This document shows positions 1-14,600 of a stretch of DNA of 64,000 nt, one piece after another (position 1 is the stretch's first letter; every line of letters begins with the position of its first letter). The notes beneath the pieces are model-generated. The model had not been told where the DNA came from. It was given only the letters and a program-made list of their open reading frames with translations, and ran no database searches. Origin of the DNA: Laetmonice hystrix (Eukaryota); the NCBI GenBank assembly GCA_965235115.1, contig OZ249436.1:14200001-14264000 (forward strand), read 5' to 3'. The translations under genes and the position numbers were made by a program.

Positions 1-3000
1 ACCTTGCAAAACTCGGGCTCTGTGTCACATAGGTCTGTGGTAAATGTAGATCAAAAGTTAACACTAAGTACAATGTTAGCTAGAAAAATTAATGTGTGTC
101 GTTTGTAATATCTCTACTTGGGAGGAATGAAAAATGACAATATCTATCTTTGTAAATGAAGCGGTAGAAAATGTTGAAAATGGTTTTGACAGTTCAGTAT
201 CGATAGAGACTTATTTGTCTCAGCTGATTTGTACCCATATCATAAGATTGGAGATAGCGGACATGTTTATCTCTCATTTACATCGGTCGTCCCACTCACC
301 ATATTTTTCTGATTTTGTTTCGCTCGCACTATTACTTGCGCACCTTTTTACTCACGCCTCACGCCTCTGCGCCATGTTGTTTAGGTTTCAGATTACAACA
401 TAAATTTACATTGGTGATTATAGTCTAAGTAAAAGGTGCATATTTAAAATATATATGCCGCTAGGTTATAGTCAGATTAATATTGTCAAGGCTATTTCAA
501 ATTGACATGGATATATCGAAGACCGGACATTTTGCTGTAGGCATTTCAAATAAGAATTCCTCATTAAATATAGTCTTGATGGGAACTTTCTTGTTTATTA
601 AAGAGTTCTTTTTAAATTCAGTAACACTGAAACTGCCAAACAGATATGCACGGACAGATACACACATGCCTGCTCTCATATACCGATCCCCGCCTCCAAC
701 AAAAACACACACTTATCCGATATTTTATGTTTGTTCGACACGAGTCGGCGATCTTTGCATTAATCACATGTGATGATATATAATACAGCATATTATTACA
801 GCACTTATTACAGCCGATGTTTTTACGGCTGAGTATATAGCGAGAGAATGAAAGAAAGACGGGAGATAAGGGGGTAGATTATAACAGTACATGTTGCATA
901 CCAGTATACTGGAAAGGTACCTGCTTACCTTCTTTATACCAAAAGATATGTCCTCAAATTCCAGGAGAAAAACATTAACCTGAAGGAAATCACGTTTAAA
1001 CCACTCACATTTTACAAAGAACATATTTGTAAGCATTTGATTACATTGTTTCATTTATTTTTTATTAAGTGAGGTGGTTTGGTTGCTGGATAAATGATGG
1101 TAATTGGCAAAATGCATGACAGTGTTTGACAAATGACACAGAGATACCATGCACATGAGAGGCACGGAGGCGTTGTAAATCCAGAAATCGATCGAGTAGA
1201 TTTATTTATGCATGCTGTCTTCCTAATCACATGAAAGCTAACTTGCACAGTGTTTCTTTATCGCCATGAACATTTACTGTTGTTTGAAACTGAAAAGTAC
1301 AAACGTTTATGTTTGTGTTGAATTATAACGTGATGTCTGATTATTTCATAACGTGACTGAGTTCTTGCCATGTTTGTTTGAACATCAGAAAACCATTGGA
1401 TGAGTCAGCATTCAAGGGCAAGCTTTTTCTTAACAGTCGCTACCTCCGACAACTGCCAATCTCTGATGGTCTACCACAAATTGAAATCACGATGTACTCC
1501 CATATATAAATCTGGCCGTAGTCCGGTAACAGCTACCCCGGTAATAATTTGGCAAATATATATTATGACCATGTTGGAGCAATATGATTGACTGTGTTTA
1601 TGGTCTCTTTGAAGTCTAAATGGTGTAAACGAACATTTGTATTTTCCATTCTGCATCAAGATACTATGTTGCAGTGATAAAAAAGAACGTACTCAATCAT
1701 AATAAATATTCAGATGGGAACCGAAGCACTTAGTGAACATGGTATTGGTGTGTCGCGGAAATGAGAATTTTTCCGGCTTAAAGGTTACCTATTAACCCAG
1801 ATCGTACGACATACAAGATATGCATATTCATGATGCCAGTAATCCAAAGCATTACAAACTCACACAGCAGCTTTTCTAGACGGCTGGACTCGTGTATCAA
1901 GTAGGCCCTATACCAAGACCTTTATTTAAGCCAGCAGCACATATAATTTGGTGTAATGTCATTTTTAGACAGCTTTTTTATTGACCACAAGTCTGAACTT
2001 AATTCCATAAAGGTATTTTGTAATTCAGACAGGCGTGAGTTTCTTCCTAAAGAGATTGTGTTCCCTGGGAATACTTAGCTGCAAATTATAGGGATGATGA
2101 GCAAGACTCCTGGATGGGACCTGGGCCCATATGAAACATCTCTTGACATTGTTCACTGAACTATGGATGAACTAATTATCTGCTATGGCCCAGCAAAGAT
2201 AACTCTTATAGTCAAGTCCTTTAACCGAACCTGCTTCCAGTATACGTACATAGGTCTGCATGCTAATAGTTTTCACATCAGGACAGGCATATACAGCTAT
2301 AGATCCATGATTCAGATCTTTGCATTGCATTGCATTTGCATTTCAAAGGGCCTTAGTGGTATTACAAACATACGGGCATAATACTATATACTCGCACTAC
2401 AAAACGTGTGCATGTCTGTTCATTAGTAAAAAGATGGGCATATACTGGCACAGGTAGGCCTATACATACGGATATGATAGAGTATTGGTTAACCTTAAAG
2501 ATGTCTTTCCTCGGCAGCGTATAATGTCAGCTTGAAATCTTAGATCTTCATAATAACCACAATGCTGTATTGTGTGTCATCACAGTTTCATCATACATTG
2601 TTCTCAGGAACAGTTGCCAACTTCTCCGTTGTGAGTTTAGAAGATTGTCTCTCCATTATATTCATGGGAGATTTAGGTTACAAGTGACAGCTGTAACTTA
2701 GTGACTGGGATTTGACGCTATAGACCATTCTAATCAAACTCTCCATTTCCATACTTGGGAGATACTACTTCTGAGAATACGTAGGGGCCTACAAGTAACT
2801 GCTGATGCGACCTATTAATTCGAAGGTGTATTACATTAGTAAAAAAAATGAATTTTTATTTTTCTAAGCTCAGGTGCATCCGATTATTTTAATATCTATG
2901 GCCTATACCAAGTGAGAAGCATTTGTACCCATCTACCCATGTATTATCTTACAATGTCAACAAGCCATGTGTACATAATGTTTGTAATCGTTTACCGGTG

Positions 3001-6000
3001 ATGTCTTTAATATCACCTTAGTTAATTAATAATATCAGTAGATGATAGACCATTGTGTAAGCTGGCAGATGATGTAAACCAGCGGTAACGCTGACGTCGA
3101 GACAAGATAAATAAAGGAAATTTTTTAAAAAAATGTATCTCAATATTGATCCGATTCAGGGTTGGATTCAAGTCCAAATTTTCCAAAAGCACTGACAATA
3201 AGGTTAACAAAAAGGGTGCAGATCAAATTATAGGGGTTCTATTTCTATATATGACTGTCATATCTCGGTGTACTCTATGGTCCAGTCATAATATCGGACC
3301 AGCAATGGGCTTATCGTTATCGCAGCAGCAGGAAATGCATTTTGTATGTGGCTACACGTCGTGTGACTAGGATTTGTTTATTTATGTCACTCTGGACGAT
3401 ACATCTCTAAAGGATGACATATTTCTCTGACGTCGCGTTATATTTATATCGTTATATAGGTTGATATTTCTGAAAAAGGTTCGTGTCATATTCATCCCAA
3501 CCCAAGTTATGTTATGCTTCGATATGTTTAGAAGGGAACATGCCTCGATGGAAAGACGGAGCGCTTGGTGGTTCAACCATTTGTACGTGGTAAAGCTTTG
3601 GTATAATTAACAATGGATACCAATGTCCTGGCACTTCTACACTCACAATAATAATACCGGTTCTAGAATACAATACGTGATATAATATGGGACCATATTA
3701 TCTGGACAGTCTATTGCTAGGTGTGCTTGCACTTATTATATTTTTTATTAGGGCAGAGCTTTAATTAATTATGTTTTCGCCGAATTGACTCAGGTTACAT
3801 AGAAAGCAAGTTGTGTATCTTGTAGGCTATTCACATCAAATTAGGTATGTCATAAGTCTATGCAGCCGACCATATATTAAAAGATAACACCTGATACCAT
3901 AACAAAATATAGATCCTTTCCTTGGTGAATAAGATTATTGATGGCGATAGATCTGGAGCAGATGGCAGGAATATACCCATCATGTTATTATGGGCTGGCC
4001 AGGCTGTGAATGAAGCAGAGTTGTTGTGAATGTGATATAGATTAAAGGAGCTCCGTCAATTAAAAGCCACAAAATCGACCCTCTTTCATATTAAATAAGC
4101 TAGATTTATCTGCAATCTCGTAATAAATTGGAAGCAAAACAACAGCAGCGTGTGCCATCGGTAATTGCCTTCCTTCGCTCCACGCTCCACGTCATCATCG
4201 CAGCGCCGGTTTGCCATGGCGGTGGTTTGTAAACTCCACTGACAGTGCTCGGGCCACTGAACTTGTAATTTTCTTACATTTCTATTATTTGATCGCCATA
4301 TTTAAATATCATGTTGCTAAGGATGAAAGGTACTTTTAATATTTGGGTGGACTGGTGAAGGCAGCCAGGTCACCAGTGCACTCTGACAGTCAGACTCCAG
4401 GAGCAATTATTGTCCGACCGTTTCTTGCAGCGGGATAAACCAACCGTCGAATGTCAATGACAGCAGTGTCAGGTTATGAGAGAATAAAACTCTTACTGTC
4501 AGGAGCTTTATTTTGCTGCGATCGCAGGTGCAAAGTTTGGCAGTCTAGCGTACCAAATGTACAGTCGGTTCATTTTTCATTCCTGTTCTATTAAGCGGCA
4601 TTCGTTTCTTGGCTGGACTCACCATTGGCTCACGGGCAGGTGGGGAAAGTCAGTGAGATAGCTCAAAGGATAATTCGTTTCTCATGTATCTTTTCATTAG
4701 TGGTCCATAGATTAAAACTTTGAGCAACCTGTATATTTAAAAAAGTCGTGTTTACGTTAATAATATTAAATGAACGATACCTCGCTATTTTTGGAAATTG
4801 TTGTTGAAGCTACCATATATGTGGCCAGAATAACGTGTCCTTGTTTTGCTATTTTTGTAAATGATTCCAGATTCCTGACAGAATAACCGATAAACGGAGG
4901 CCAGGCGTCACGTACAGCCGGTCGCCCTCACGTGTTTTAGTGTATTGTGATAACTGCCTGCTATTTTTGTAGGCTGATGTCTCTGCAGACCCAGCTCTTG
5001 CCTCAGGGAACAGAAAAAGGTTATCGACAGAATTTCCTTGCCAACTGATGGTTGGAACCTTTATGACAGCTGTAGAGTCTGAGCTGTGAAAGGCATGTCT
5101 ATAGGAAAAGATGTTTTCATCTATTTTAGTATGAAATGTTTTGACTATTTACTGTACAAGGGAAGGTGATCAGGATTGCCGTGTTTAGTCTTTATTCCAA
5201 GTCAGTGTATGCTTTCCATAGTCAGAAAAGGGACGCAACTCACTGTTTGATGATGGTTGAAAAGATTAAAGATGGTTTTTAAAATCGAATGTTTTTTTTT
5301 AAAAACCACCGACAAACATAGAGCTAGGCCCAGTTCTGCTTTGGAGCGCAATTAGCATTCATTGGTGTACAGGAGTATTAATACTTACTATCTTTAGTCA
5401 TTGGAGACAGTGGCGTTCATACCTTTCCTGATTGAACATTAAGGGCAAATAACCGGGTGTTATGATGGTACTGCATGAATGGTAATGCCGTATCTGCTGT
5501 CCGATGAATCAAAACGTATGACCTACTCATCAGGGTGCTTGATCCATAACAGTCTTAAATGTTCGGACCAGTCCCATATTTATTCCACTTGTGCACTATG
5601 AAGAGTTGTAACAGCCTTCCTCGATCCATTGTAAGTGCGGAGGATGGTTTATTGCCATGGACCACATGCCTTCTTGTTTTTATCTAGACAGGACAGGTGC
5701 TCTTTTATGTAGCAGTCCCTCATGCTCTCAGGGCATGAGCTCACTCACGTTATGCTTCTGTCATTTAAGCCATACCACAGAAAATAATAGCTGCCACAGT
5801 GAAGGCTTCTGTTCGGATTCCGAGTATAAGATGCCACTTTGCAGACATTATTTTATAATGTGAAATTATCTCATCATATTTCAGGCATCAAGTCACATTT
5901 ATAATTATAGTTTCTTATAATCTTGTCATTTTCGAAATAACAGCTGGTTATTGGCAACGTGAGATTTTGTCTAAGATTTTTAGAATCTGGAAACGTAATT

Positions 6001-6364
6001 ATCCACGGGTACTTCTCTCATTTTTTTAATTCTCGACATTTCAGGTGTCATTCTGTATGGGCAATTGCACCCAGAGATTAGAATTTAGGATTCCGGCCCA
6101 ACCAACTCGTAAACTTATTTTTCACCGATGTTTTTCATACAGCCACAATGTAGTATAATTATAGTGTATGTCGATGACAAAAGTTTTACAGTACAGGCTT
6201 TACCAGAAGTTTTTAATTAGCGCAGCGGAAGCAGCAAACGTCCACAGACATTACATGGTCAGAGCCACACCTGTGCCTACCTTGATGGACCTGGGCCGAG
6301 GTTTCAAGGATGAGGACGTCCGCGAAGGAAAACCTGTATTTTCAGCTACCTCCAGTCGCTCATA

Positions 6365-6505
6365 CACTCTAAAAACAGATTGGTTGAATTAACCAATATT
6401 GGTTGAAATGTGTCCAACCAATCCAATTGGTTGGACACATTTCAACCAATATTGGTTGATTCAACCAATGTCTTGGTTAATTTCAACCAATCTGTTTTTA
6501 GAGTG
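6365..6505. mobile_element. 141-bp palindromic MITE, EnSpm/CACTA-like
   Basis: Termini CACTCTAAAAACAGATTGGTTGAA and TTCAACCAATCTGTTTTTAGAGTG are perfect inverted repeats. TA flanks both sides (6363-64, 6506-07). The interior is built from inverted AACCAAT/ATTGGTT subrepeats. Confidence 0.8.
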
Positions 6506-9500
6506 TACCAAACACGAGCCCTATAATACTTGGTAGTAGTAGTATTCGCCACCAGTCCTTCACCTCTGACTCGATGAAAGCAAAACCAATCAAATAATGA
6601 AATAAAACAATGTTTCCCGATGTTCTTCGTCAATTAGAATGGGCGTGGTGTATCTAATCAATTCGTAGGTTTCTCCAGCATCGAGCTTTAAAAAAATAGA
6701 AGACTTGATTCGTGGTTTGAAAGCGCCATCATTCAAAACCATAAGTGTTGATTGTTACCTGTCAAACTCACGACCGATTCTTAAAGAGCACTTGACAAGG
6801 GGAGTATATCTTCTACTCTTTGAAAAGACAGCGTCAAGTATTATTAATTATTCTTATGAACTGGCCACAGTCACACTTGTCAGCTTTCCCTTTTTTTCAA
6901 TCAACGGTTGACAGCGATATATAAGGGCTGGATGTGATGTAATCCAATCGGAAGTATTTTCGACCCAAGGTGTGATTTAAAAAGATAGCAGTGTCTGAAA
7001 TTTTTCGTGTGTAGGAGTGTTAAAGGGGTATTTAAGGTATTTGTATTTCTGAGTTGTGATCGTTCACAGAAAACATTTTATTGTTAGATGTGCGGGGTTC
7101 CGTCTGCACTCCACACATCGGATTTACGTCCGAGTGCGGGAATGGGACGTTTATAACTGCAGTTTTCCTACATGGAAAGAACGGCCAGTTCACAGGATGG
7201 GGTGGTAATCGGTAAATCGGCCCGCTGGATTATCACCATTTCTGTCACCCTGACCTATAACGGTACTTCTCGTGAAATGTTAATTCGTTTGGCGTGGGGC
7301 GGTTGATATATTTACGTGTTTAATGAACATCTGCTCTGTGTTCACACAATCATCAGTCTGATCATGAATTGATAAACAGATCTAAAGAAAGTGGGGAATT
7401 AAAGATATATTTGTGAACAGGAAAACGTATACGTATACAAGAAGGTTAAACACATATTTCAAGATTGCTCGTTAACAAACGGGGGATAATCTGCGAATGA
7501 TTTGAATTGGAGTAGCCGTAAGGTTGTAACAGGAAGCTCCGTGGGGGAGTGGCCAATTCACACTGGTCGTGCTCCCGAACTGACCCAGTCGTTTTCCGAT
7601 CTCTTCGAGCAGCCACTGGTGCCACATACCATTTAACAAAAAAAGGTTGTTTTTCCTCACTGTGAAACTGATCCCTTCTCATTTGCAGATAGCTATTCAA
7701 TTCGAGACAAGGCAAAGCCGCACCGATCGAAAGTGTGATTAGGACTAGCATTCCGACTATAGGTAATAACGTGCCTGTTATTTGAGCTACCTGAGCCCGA
7801 GACGGCAGCCCACTACCTAGAAATGTAAACTCTTCCTGTTTCACATTCTTGGTTCTAGGAATTAGGAACAAGTCTGAGAGAAATTTTACGTGAAACATGA
7901 TGATCGATGGAAAGCAATAGTCAGTGACTATCTAGAAGATTTGGCTTTCCAAAAATAAAATAATAACGACATAGTAACTATATTGTTGATGGATACGATG
8001 ATAATTGAAGTTTCATTTGGTGCATATTTTTACACTTTGGTAACCCTCGAAGGTCAGCTGAGGTCATGCATCTTTTCTATATCCCATAGCTACAAAACTT
8101 TGGAAGAACGTGTTTCCTTACTTTGAATTACTTTTTTCAGCATGGGCAGAACGTTATCTTTACAGAGGTTCCCTGAGTTTTAATTACCTTTTTAGGATGG
8201 GGGAAAAGCCGTGACCAGGCCTCGTTTCAGTATCTCTCAATGCTCAGGTCGGCAGTAGGTCCGGGGATTACCAATAAAGAAGAAGAGAGATCCCTGTACA
8301 TGCCCATATTTGCCGGTAGATACCGGGGTAATTTGTTGTGACTGCAGGTAGTCTTCCCCAGTTTTATCCCACCTGTATTCTGTCGATTACCCACCGTAAG
8401 TGCCTGGAGCATTTCGACTTCAGTTTCTGATGACAGGTGTCGTGCAAATGTATCTAGTTGCACGTTTCACTGCGCAGGTGCCAAGTATAAATTGTAAGCC
8501 TCCGGGGCAGGAGAGGCCGAGAGAGGAGTTCTGCCTTCTGCATGGGGCAACACCTCTAATGGTTAACGTTGCGTTTCATGATGAAGGCACAGTCCCCAGG
8601 ATAGATGTACACACTGTCGTCACTGAATCTCCCCTCGGCAGTTTAAATTAAAGCCAGTACTGGACTACTGAGTGCATAGATTTCATTCTCATAACTTTTG
8701 AGGTGAATTATAAACCAGGTAATCTATTTCTTGGATGTATCATATTTTAGGGACCCCCAATATTAGTTCTGTGCCCAGAGTATTTTTTCATGTTTGGCTC
8801 TGGGGTCATTGGAATAGATGTATTTTTTATTAGATCATGATTGTAGGAGTGTAGGTGACGTTGGACAGCTCTCGTGAGAAACCTCATGTGTTACGGATGG
8901 TTGAGGTAAGGACATACAAGTATCTTTTATAAGTACAAGTATGCTATGGACTCGTGCACAAGAATGTGACGAAAGAAAAACGAACTTCACATCATTTTTA
9001 CAGCCTGACTTCCAGGTTTTATTTCTCTTCTTCATCATCAACGTTTGTAAGAATGTCTAGCGTCTTCTGAAGAGCAATTAACCGTTATCATTACTTCTTA
9101 AAATCAAGTGTGGACAGAGGCATTGAAATGATTCCCGTTTCGTATAGATCTGTATATTTCAATACAATTTCAATTTCAAGGACAGCGAGGAAGTGTTGAA
9201 GTTATTTCACCATGCATTCAACAATCCTACTATTGAAGATGAAACCCCAAAACATCCAGAAACACAATAGGATGATGAGGTTATGTACGAACAGAATCAG
9301 TGTGCGCTTCCTGTGTACACGTTCTTTGTAATACGGAAGTAATATTGAACGTGGCCCTGCTTCCGTCGGAATCAGTGTAGTGTTTGAGAGATGTGTTTTG
9401 GTGTTGGAGAACATCAGTAAGAATATGATTTCACAGCCAGTTAAAACTGTACTCTTTATGCCACGCTTATGTAATTCAATCACAAGAGTTGAAATGTATT

Positions 9501-11554
9501 GTGAATCTTAGGTCAGCCAAGCCTGCCCTTTTTAGACACTTTAAATGTATGGAGGTTTTTTAACACATTTCTACTATGAATTTTGATGTGACCTCTCAGT
9601 ATGAAATAATTATACCTCAAAGCTGTTCCAGGACATGAAGAGGATCAGTATGTAAACATATTCCTTCCAGCTGCTGTAAGGCACGTCAAAATTCTGAAAC
9701 ATGTCATTGAGTTTGATTTTAAGTGGAATGTGAGTGCATCTGTTAGGGGTAATTATTGCCTCCCCAGTTACCTCAGTCTTTAGGGCATTGATTTATTACG
9801 GAATACGGAGAACCTTCGAATCACATTTGACTTCAGGCTGTAGGAGAACAGAATGCTAACGCTCTCAGGGAGTAGACATATTATTTCATGGAATCTCTAG
9901 TTTTAGGCACGTCGCCTTAATCAAATAGCCGTTTTGCTGCAGTACGGCTGATGATCGTTCAGTGAGAAGTAACCCCATGGCAAGTAGGGCCTTGCAAATG
10001 AGCAGCTCAGGTAGTAGGGTACATGCCGTCCACATGGTGTCGCGTGTAGCGGGGAGCGGCCAGCCACCACCACCACCACACAACAGCCAACCTGGAGCCT
10101 GCTCATGCCGCCACTCCACCAGAACAACGGCATTCCACTCTGAGATAGGACCACATGGCAGGCAGTCGGCGGCGGCCACCAATCGGTGACGGCAGACTAC
10201 AGGTACATGGAAGATGACAGGGATACTCTATGCACCAGCGGAGTCTTCACGCTTCAGGGCCTAAACCAGCAGTCAGAGAAGACATGCCATGTACTCGTGG
10301 ATATACATACCCCTCAGTCACACACCGAGGGACACTTCACGGCGTCATCATCCTCAACCATCATTCATGAATCATTTTCTCATAGCTTCTTCATCTTAAA
10401 AACGAGAGAGAACGAGTTTTTCTTGAAGGGTTCTCATCGTATTAGGCTAAGTCATTGCACAGCCTGATGTCCACCCGCCCCTTGAAAAGCCAGCCGTTTT
10501 GATTGGCGGATCGGACTTTGGAGGAGAGACAGAGGGTGTGCAGTGTGGAGGTGGGTTGGGCAGATGCTGAGGTACACTTGGATTAAAGATAGAGAGAAGG
10601 ACAGGAACAGACAGACAGAGATCCAGCCTGTGGTCTTAAGCTTACATCGTAGGCCCACATCAGAGGAGGCGCCGCGCCAGCGGACAGACTACGACAGGGG
10701 CACATTGTGGATTTACACGGCCCACTCAGGCCAGCCCCGCACCGCACTACCTCATAGTGCATAATACACTTCAAACACACTGCAGACACTCTACTTGTAA
10801 TCAGCAAGGTGTGAATGGGCAGGCAAACGCCGGTCGACGGGAGCCTTTAAGAAGACACCAGTGTGGCTGGTCGGAGTCTGGTGGACGCGTCCTACGCACC
10901 TGTACCGCCTATTTGACTGACTTGAATAGACCGAAGCTGTGTTCCAACAAGGGGAGTACTTTAAGGAGACCTTCCGCTCTCAATGAGGTGCTGACACACA
11001 TGCTTTTGGATCAGGTTTAGCAAGTTAGCGTGCCACCTCAGCCACACAGTAGTCTGGCTCCAGCCAGCCATAACAGCAGCTTTGGAGTCGGATCCCGGTG
11101 CCGTTTTGTGTAGATGTTTGCAATGAGTTTCCACCCATCTTTATGATCCAGCTGTTTATCTGAGGGACTCAGCGAGGAAGAGTGCAATGGTGTGAGACCA
11201 GATACTGTCTACAGCCACAGATTGTCTTCACTACTTCGCTCCTCTGCAGGTGGCATGCAGTATTTAAAGGTGTGTTAACCGGCACAGAAGGTATTACTAC
11301 AGCTGCTCGGGCACACACACACACTCATACGATCACATGCAACGCGTCAGATGGATGTACTCTCACTTAAATGGTGTAATCGTTAGACTAGCCACAGGTT
11401 TCCACCGTCGGCCTGTCACAAACTTACGGATACGTGGAAACATACAGGCACATGCCCCTTCACGCTACATAGCATCAGATCACATAAGGTGATTTGTCAG
11501 GAAAGGTTTTTGTAACTGAGTGGCTACTGATCATTTGAGGTACATGCCACGGAC

Positions 11555-11617
11555 ATGGCTGACACAGCAGGGACAGTGACAGTGCTACTGGCTGTAGTAC
11601 TTCTAACTCTCCTCTGG
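11555..11617 (+). CDS. Candidate alternative first coding exon encoding a signal peptide (MADTAGTVTVLLAVVLLTLLW) of the ADAMTS-like gene
   Basis: Good Kozak context (gacATGG) with an in-frame upstream TGA at 11528-30. It encodes an uninterrupted hydrophobic core VTVLLAVVLLTLLW, then TGG|GTAAGT, a consensus phase-0 donor matching the phase-0 acceptor at 45324. No transcript evidence is available. Confidence 0.55.
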
Positions 11618-14600
11618 GTAAGTACCAACCAGATGTATATCACGCGCCAAACAATCCTGGGCCAGTGACAGATCATTCACACCATTTCAATCTTTCCCGT
11701 TTCTCTCATTAATTGTAGCCGATCCACTGGAAGTTTGATGTGCAACTACTATAATTTGTTTAGAGAATTCCTCAGTGCCGAGAAAACTGTCTATGATTTC
11801 CATTTTTTTAATAGGAATCAAGGCATTTGATTAGATTATATCTAAGTTATAATATCACAGGATGTTTATGTGCGGCTGCTGTTTCTTCTTTACTTACAGT
11901 AGAGCCAGAGGATATGGCTGGAAAATTTGTCCTGAGCCCAAGTTCTGGTCAGGCGTATTTTGTATCTAGAAAAACAGATACTATCCTACTACCTTATTGT
12001 TTCTGAATATCAGACGTCCTTTCAGACTAACTTTGTTTCCTGCGAACTTTCTGATGAACGCAGCAGACCAAATGTGTTCCAAGTTGGGTCTCACATGTCT
12101 CTCAAAACGGCTCAATTATCACATGTACTTGTAGAAGTGCACCCCAAAAAACAAACATCTTTACTTTAAGTATGCTTTGCGGCCTGTTTCCCTTGTCCAT
12201 AAGGAATTTTGACCTTTTATATTTGCCGTGGTGTTGCCTTACTGGCATAACATGTACTGTTGGAAAGTTGTAAACCGTGACTGGCTTAGTCAACTTCATC
12301 AGCTGTTTTCATATACTTTTCCAAGTCTGGGGTTTATTATGCAGCGTTTGCGAAACCACTTAGGACAGATAATTTTTCGCCGCGTTCATTGTAATATGCT
12401 AACATACCATGGTCCAAAACATAGATATATTTACTCACTAGGGCTAGGCCATGTCCTTTTTCATTCTCTAACGTTGTAGACACTTAAAACATTTCAGATG
12501 ATCCATCATCTGTTAGATTTACATAACTTGATAGCCATTCAGAGGACTTCATGTCCATTGCATACGTTCTGTGCTGTTGGTATTTAGATTATTGTCATTC
12601 GGAGTTTAGTCCATGTCCATAGGATCTAATGAAAGCTTGAAAGACGGCCGCAGGAAATGGTGAAGGCACTCCTCGGGATTCAGAAGTGTTTGTTGAGGGG
12701 CAGTCAATGTAAAAAAATATTTGAATCTTGACGCAAAATCTGAAGAAGGCTCCATGTTGTAGAGTCTGGAAATATAAGATAAGAAATGCCAGACTTGTGT
12801 GTACCGGTCCCGTTATCTGTTGGTCCATAAAATAAGTGTATAGTGTATCTGATTTGTCTATACGTTTCACCCTTTGAAGCAGTATGTAAAGGCTGAAGGA
12901 GTTTACAGTAAATACGTTTCGGATGCCTACACTACAGATATATGAAACACTACATTGTTTTGTACCAGCACTATGTTGTTTTTCAAGTTAAACCTTTTCC
13001 CAGCAAACGCGATTTATAAAGTCGCCAGTTATGCTAGGAATGTCACAGACATACGTGCGTGATGGAAGTCAGGAGTCGTTTCTAGCCTAGCTGAGGTATT
13101 TATAAGATGTTAAAAAATATTACTATTCGTGTTTGCACATCAACGTTCGGAAAGATTATCGTTCATAACTTACGTAATAAGATTATTGGTTATGAATGGT
13201 CACTTTGGTAGAGCAGAACTACTCAGACTGCTCTTGCACTGTTCTTTCTTCCAGAGATTACGGTCTTTAGATGTTTGACATTTGACTAATGAACACGCCA
13301 AACTAAGCGAGTTTCCATATTGTCAAAAGAGTATCAGGTGAAAGATGACCGACGTGACAGCGGATCATTGTGCAAGGTAGCATCCCACTTACGATGATTA
13401 CTTAGGCTATAGTAATTCTAGTTATACACACGGTGGCAGTAACACTGAGGGTAACCAGTGATAGTTAGGGTCGGGGGAGGTGGGGTGGTGATGGCTGAAA
13501 GGGGTCATCATGCACGTCATCTGTCCGCCACCAAACATCCTATTATAGTCCCTCCACCTCGACTGTCTGTGATACAGTGTATGTGTTACGATATTACGTC
13601 CAGGTCGTCGGCACTGGCAGTGTACTTACTGTAAGAACGCGCAAGAACAGCCTTTAAGGGGAGAAGGGGTTGATCATTCACATCGCATCGTTTGTTCTCT
13701 ATGATTTCTCTATTACAAGGTAAAATTCTTTGATTATTCCGATCAAATAATTTGGCGGTGTGACCAGTTTAGGATATCTCTGGGTCTGGCTAACTCGGTA
13801 CGACCCATATTGACCGAATGTGCAGGTCCTCCCCGGTAGGACGGCCGTATTTGTATGATTTGGCCAGACTGCTAGACTGGATATGGGGGAAAGCACTTAT
13901 CTCAGTAGATAGATTTGTATTGAACGGAGATTGAAAACTGTATGTGAGGTTTCATTCTGCCCCTTGTCCGTCGTCCATTGGTGACCTTTGTAAGAGGCCT
14001 ACGTGGATAATAGTCCGTAAGAAAACCGTTATGGCGTCATTCCACAACATTCATATACCGATAGTTGGCACATGTATTAGTAACAGATACGAAGCAAAAG
14101 TATATTTTGGTAAGCTTACTTTTTGTTGATTAAAACTTAGTAAATTTGTAACTTGTTTGCCGTGATCATGTGGAATTTGAATCCCATCACTATAGTGATG
14201 CCTTTTGCTATCAAGGATGTGACTACTGCTGCAGGAACTCGGTTATGGAACAGAGTACTGTATTGCCAGGCTGTACTGTGCCTTGTGTTCTGAAAGTCCA
14301 ACTTTCCTGATCTCAGGTGGGGGTGGTTCATGTTCGCTGTATTGTTCCTGTGGCAGGTGACAAGAAGCGTGACTTATGGTCTCATCGCCTCATTAGAAAA
14401 CCGAGTCTGTCCCAAAGATTGGCGTTTGACTTTAACTGGATCGGCAGATTGCTGATTATAAGACATTAATTAGCGTGTAACTTCTTTTTAATTTTAATCA
14501 CATCTGTCTATAAACAGCTTACATCTCTATCGATGTCACTCGATATAATATATGCGCTCCGTGTTCAATATTTACACTTCCATAAAGTGTAGAGTTTGTG

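Noticed and set aside
4042..4200. Kolobok-like left end TTAA|AGGAGCTCCGTC
   Set aside because: No matching right TIR was found, so the extent cannot be defined.
9962..10189. Pro/Ser-rich ORF as a coding exon
   Set aside because: No homology, and the proline run comes from a (CCA)n repeat. Kept only as part of the possible promoter/UTR block.
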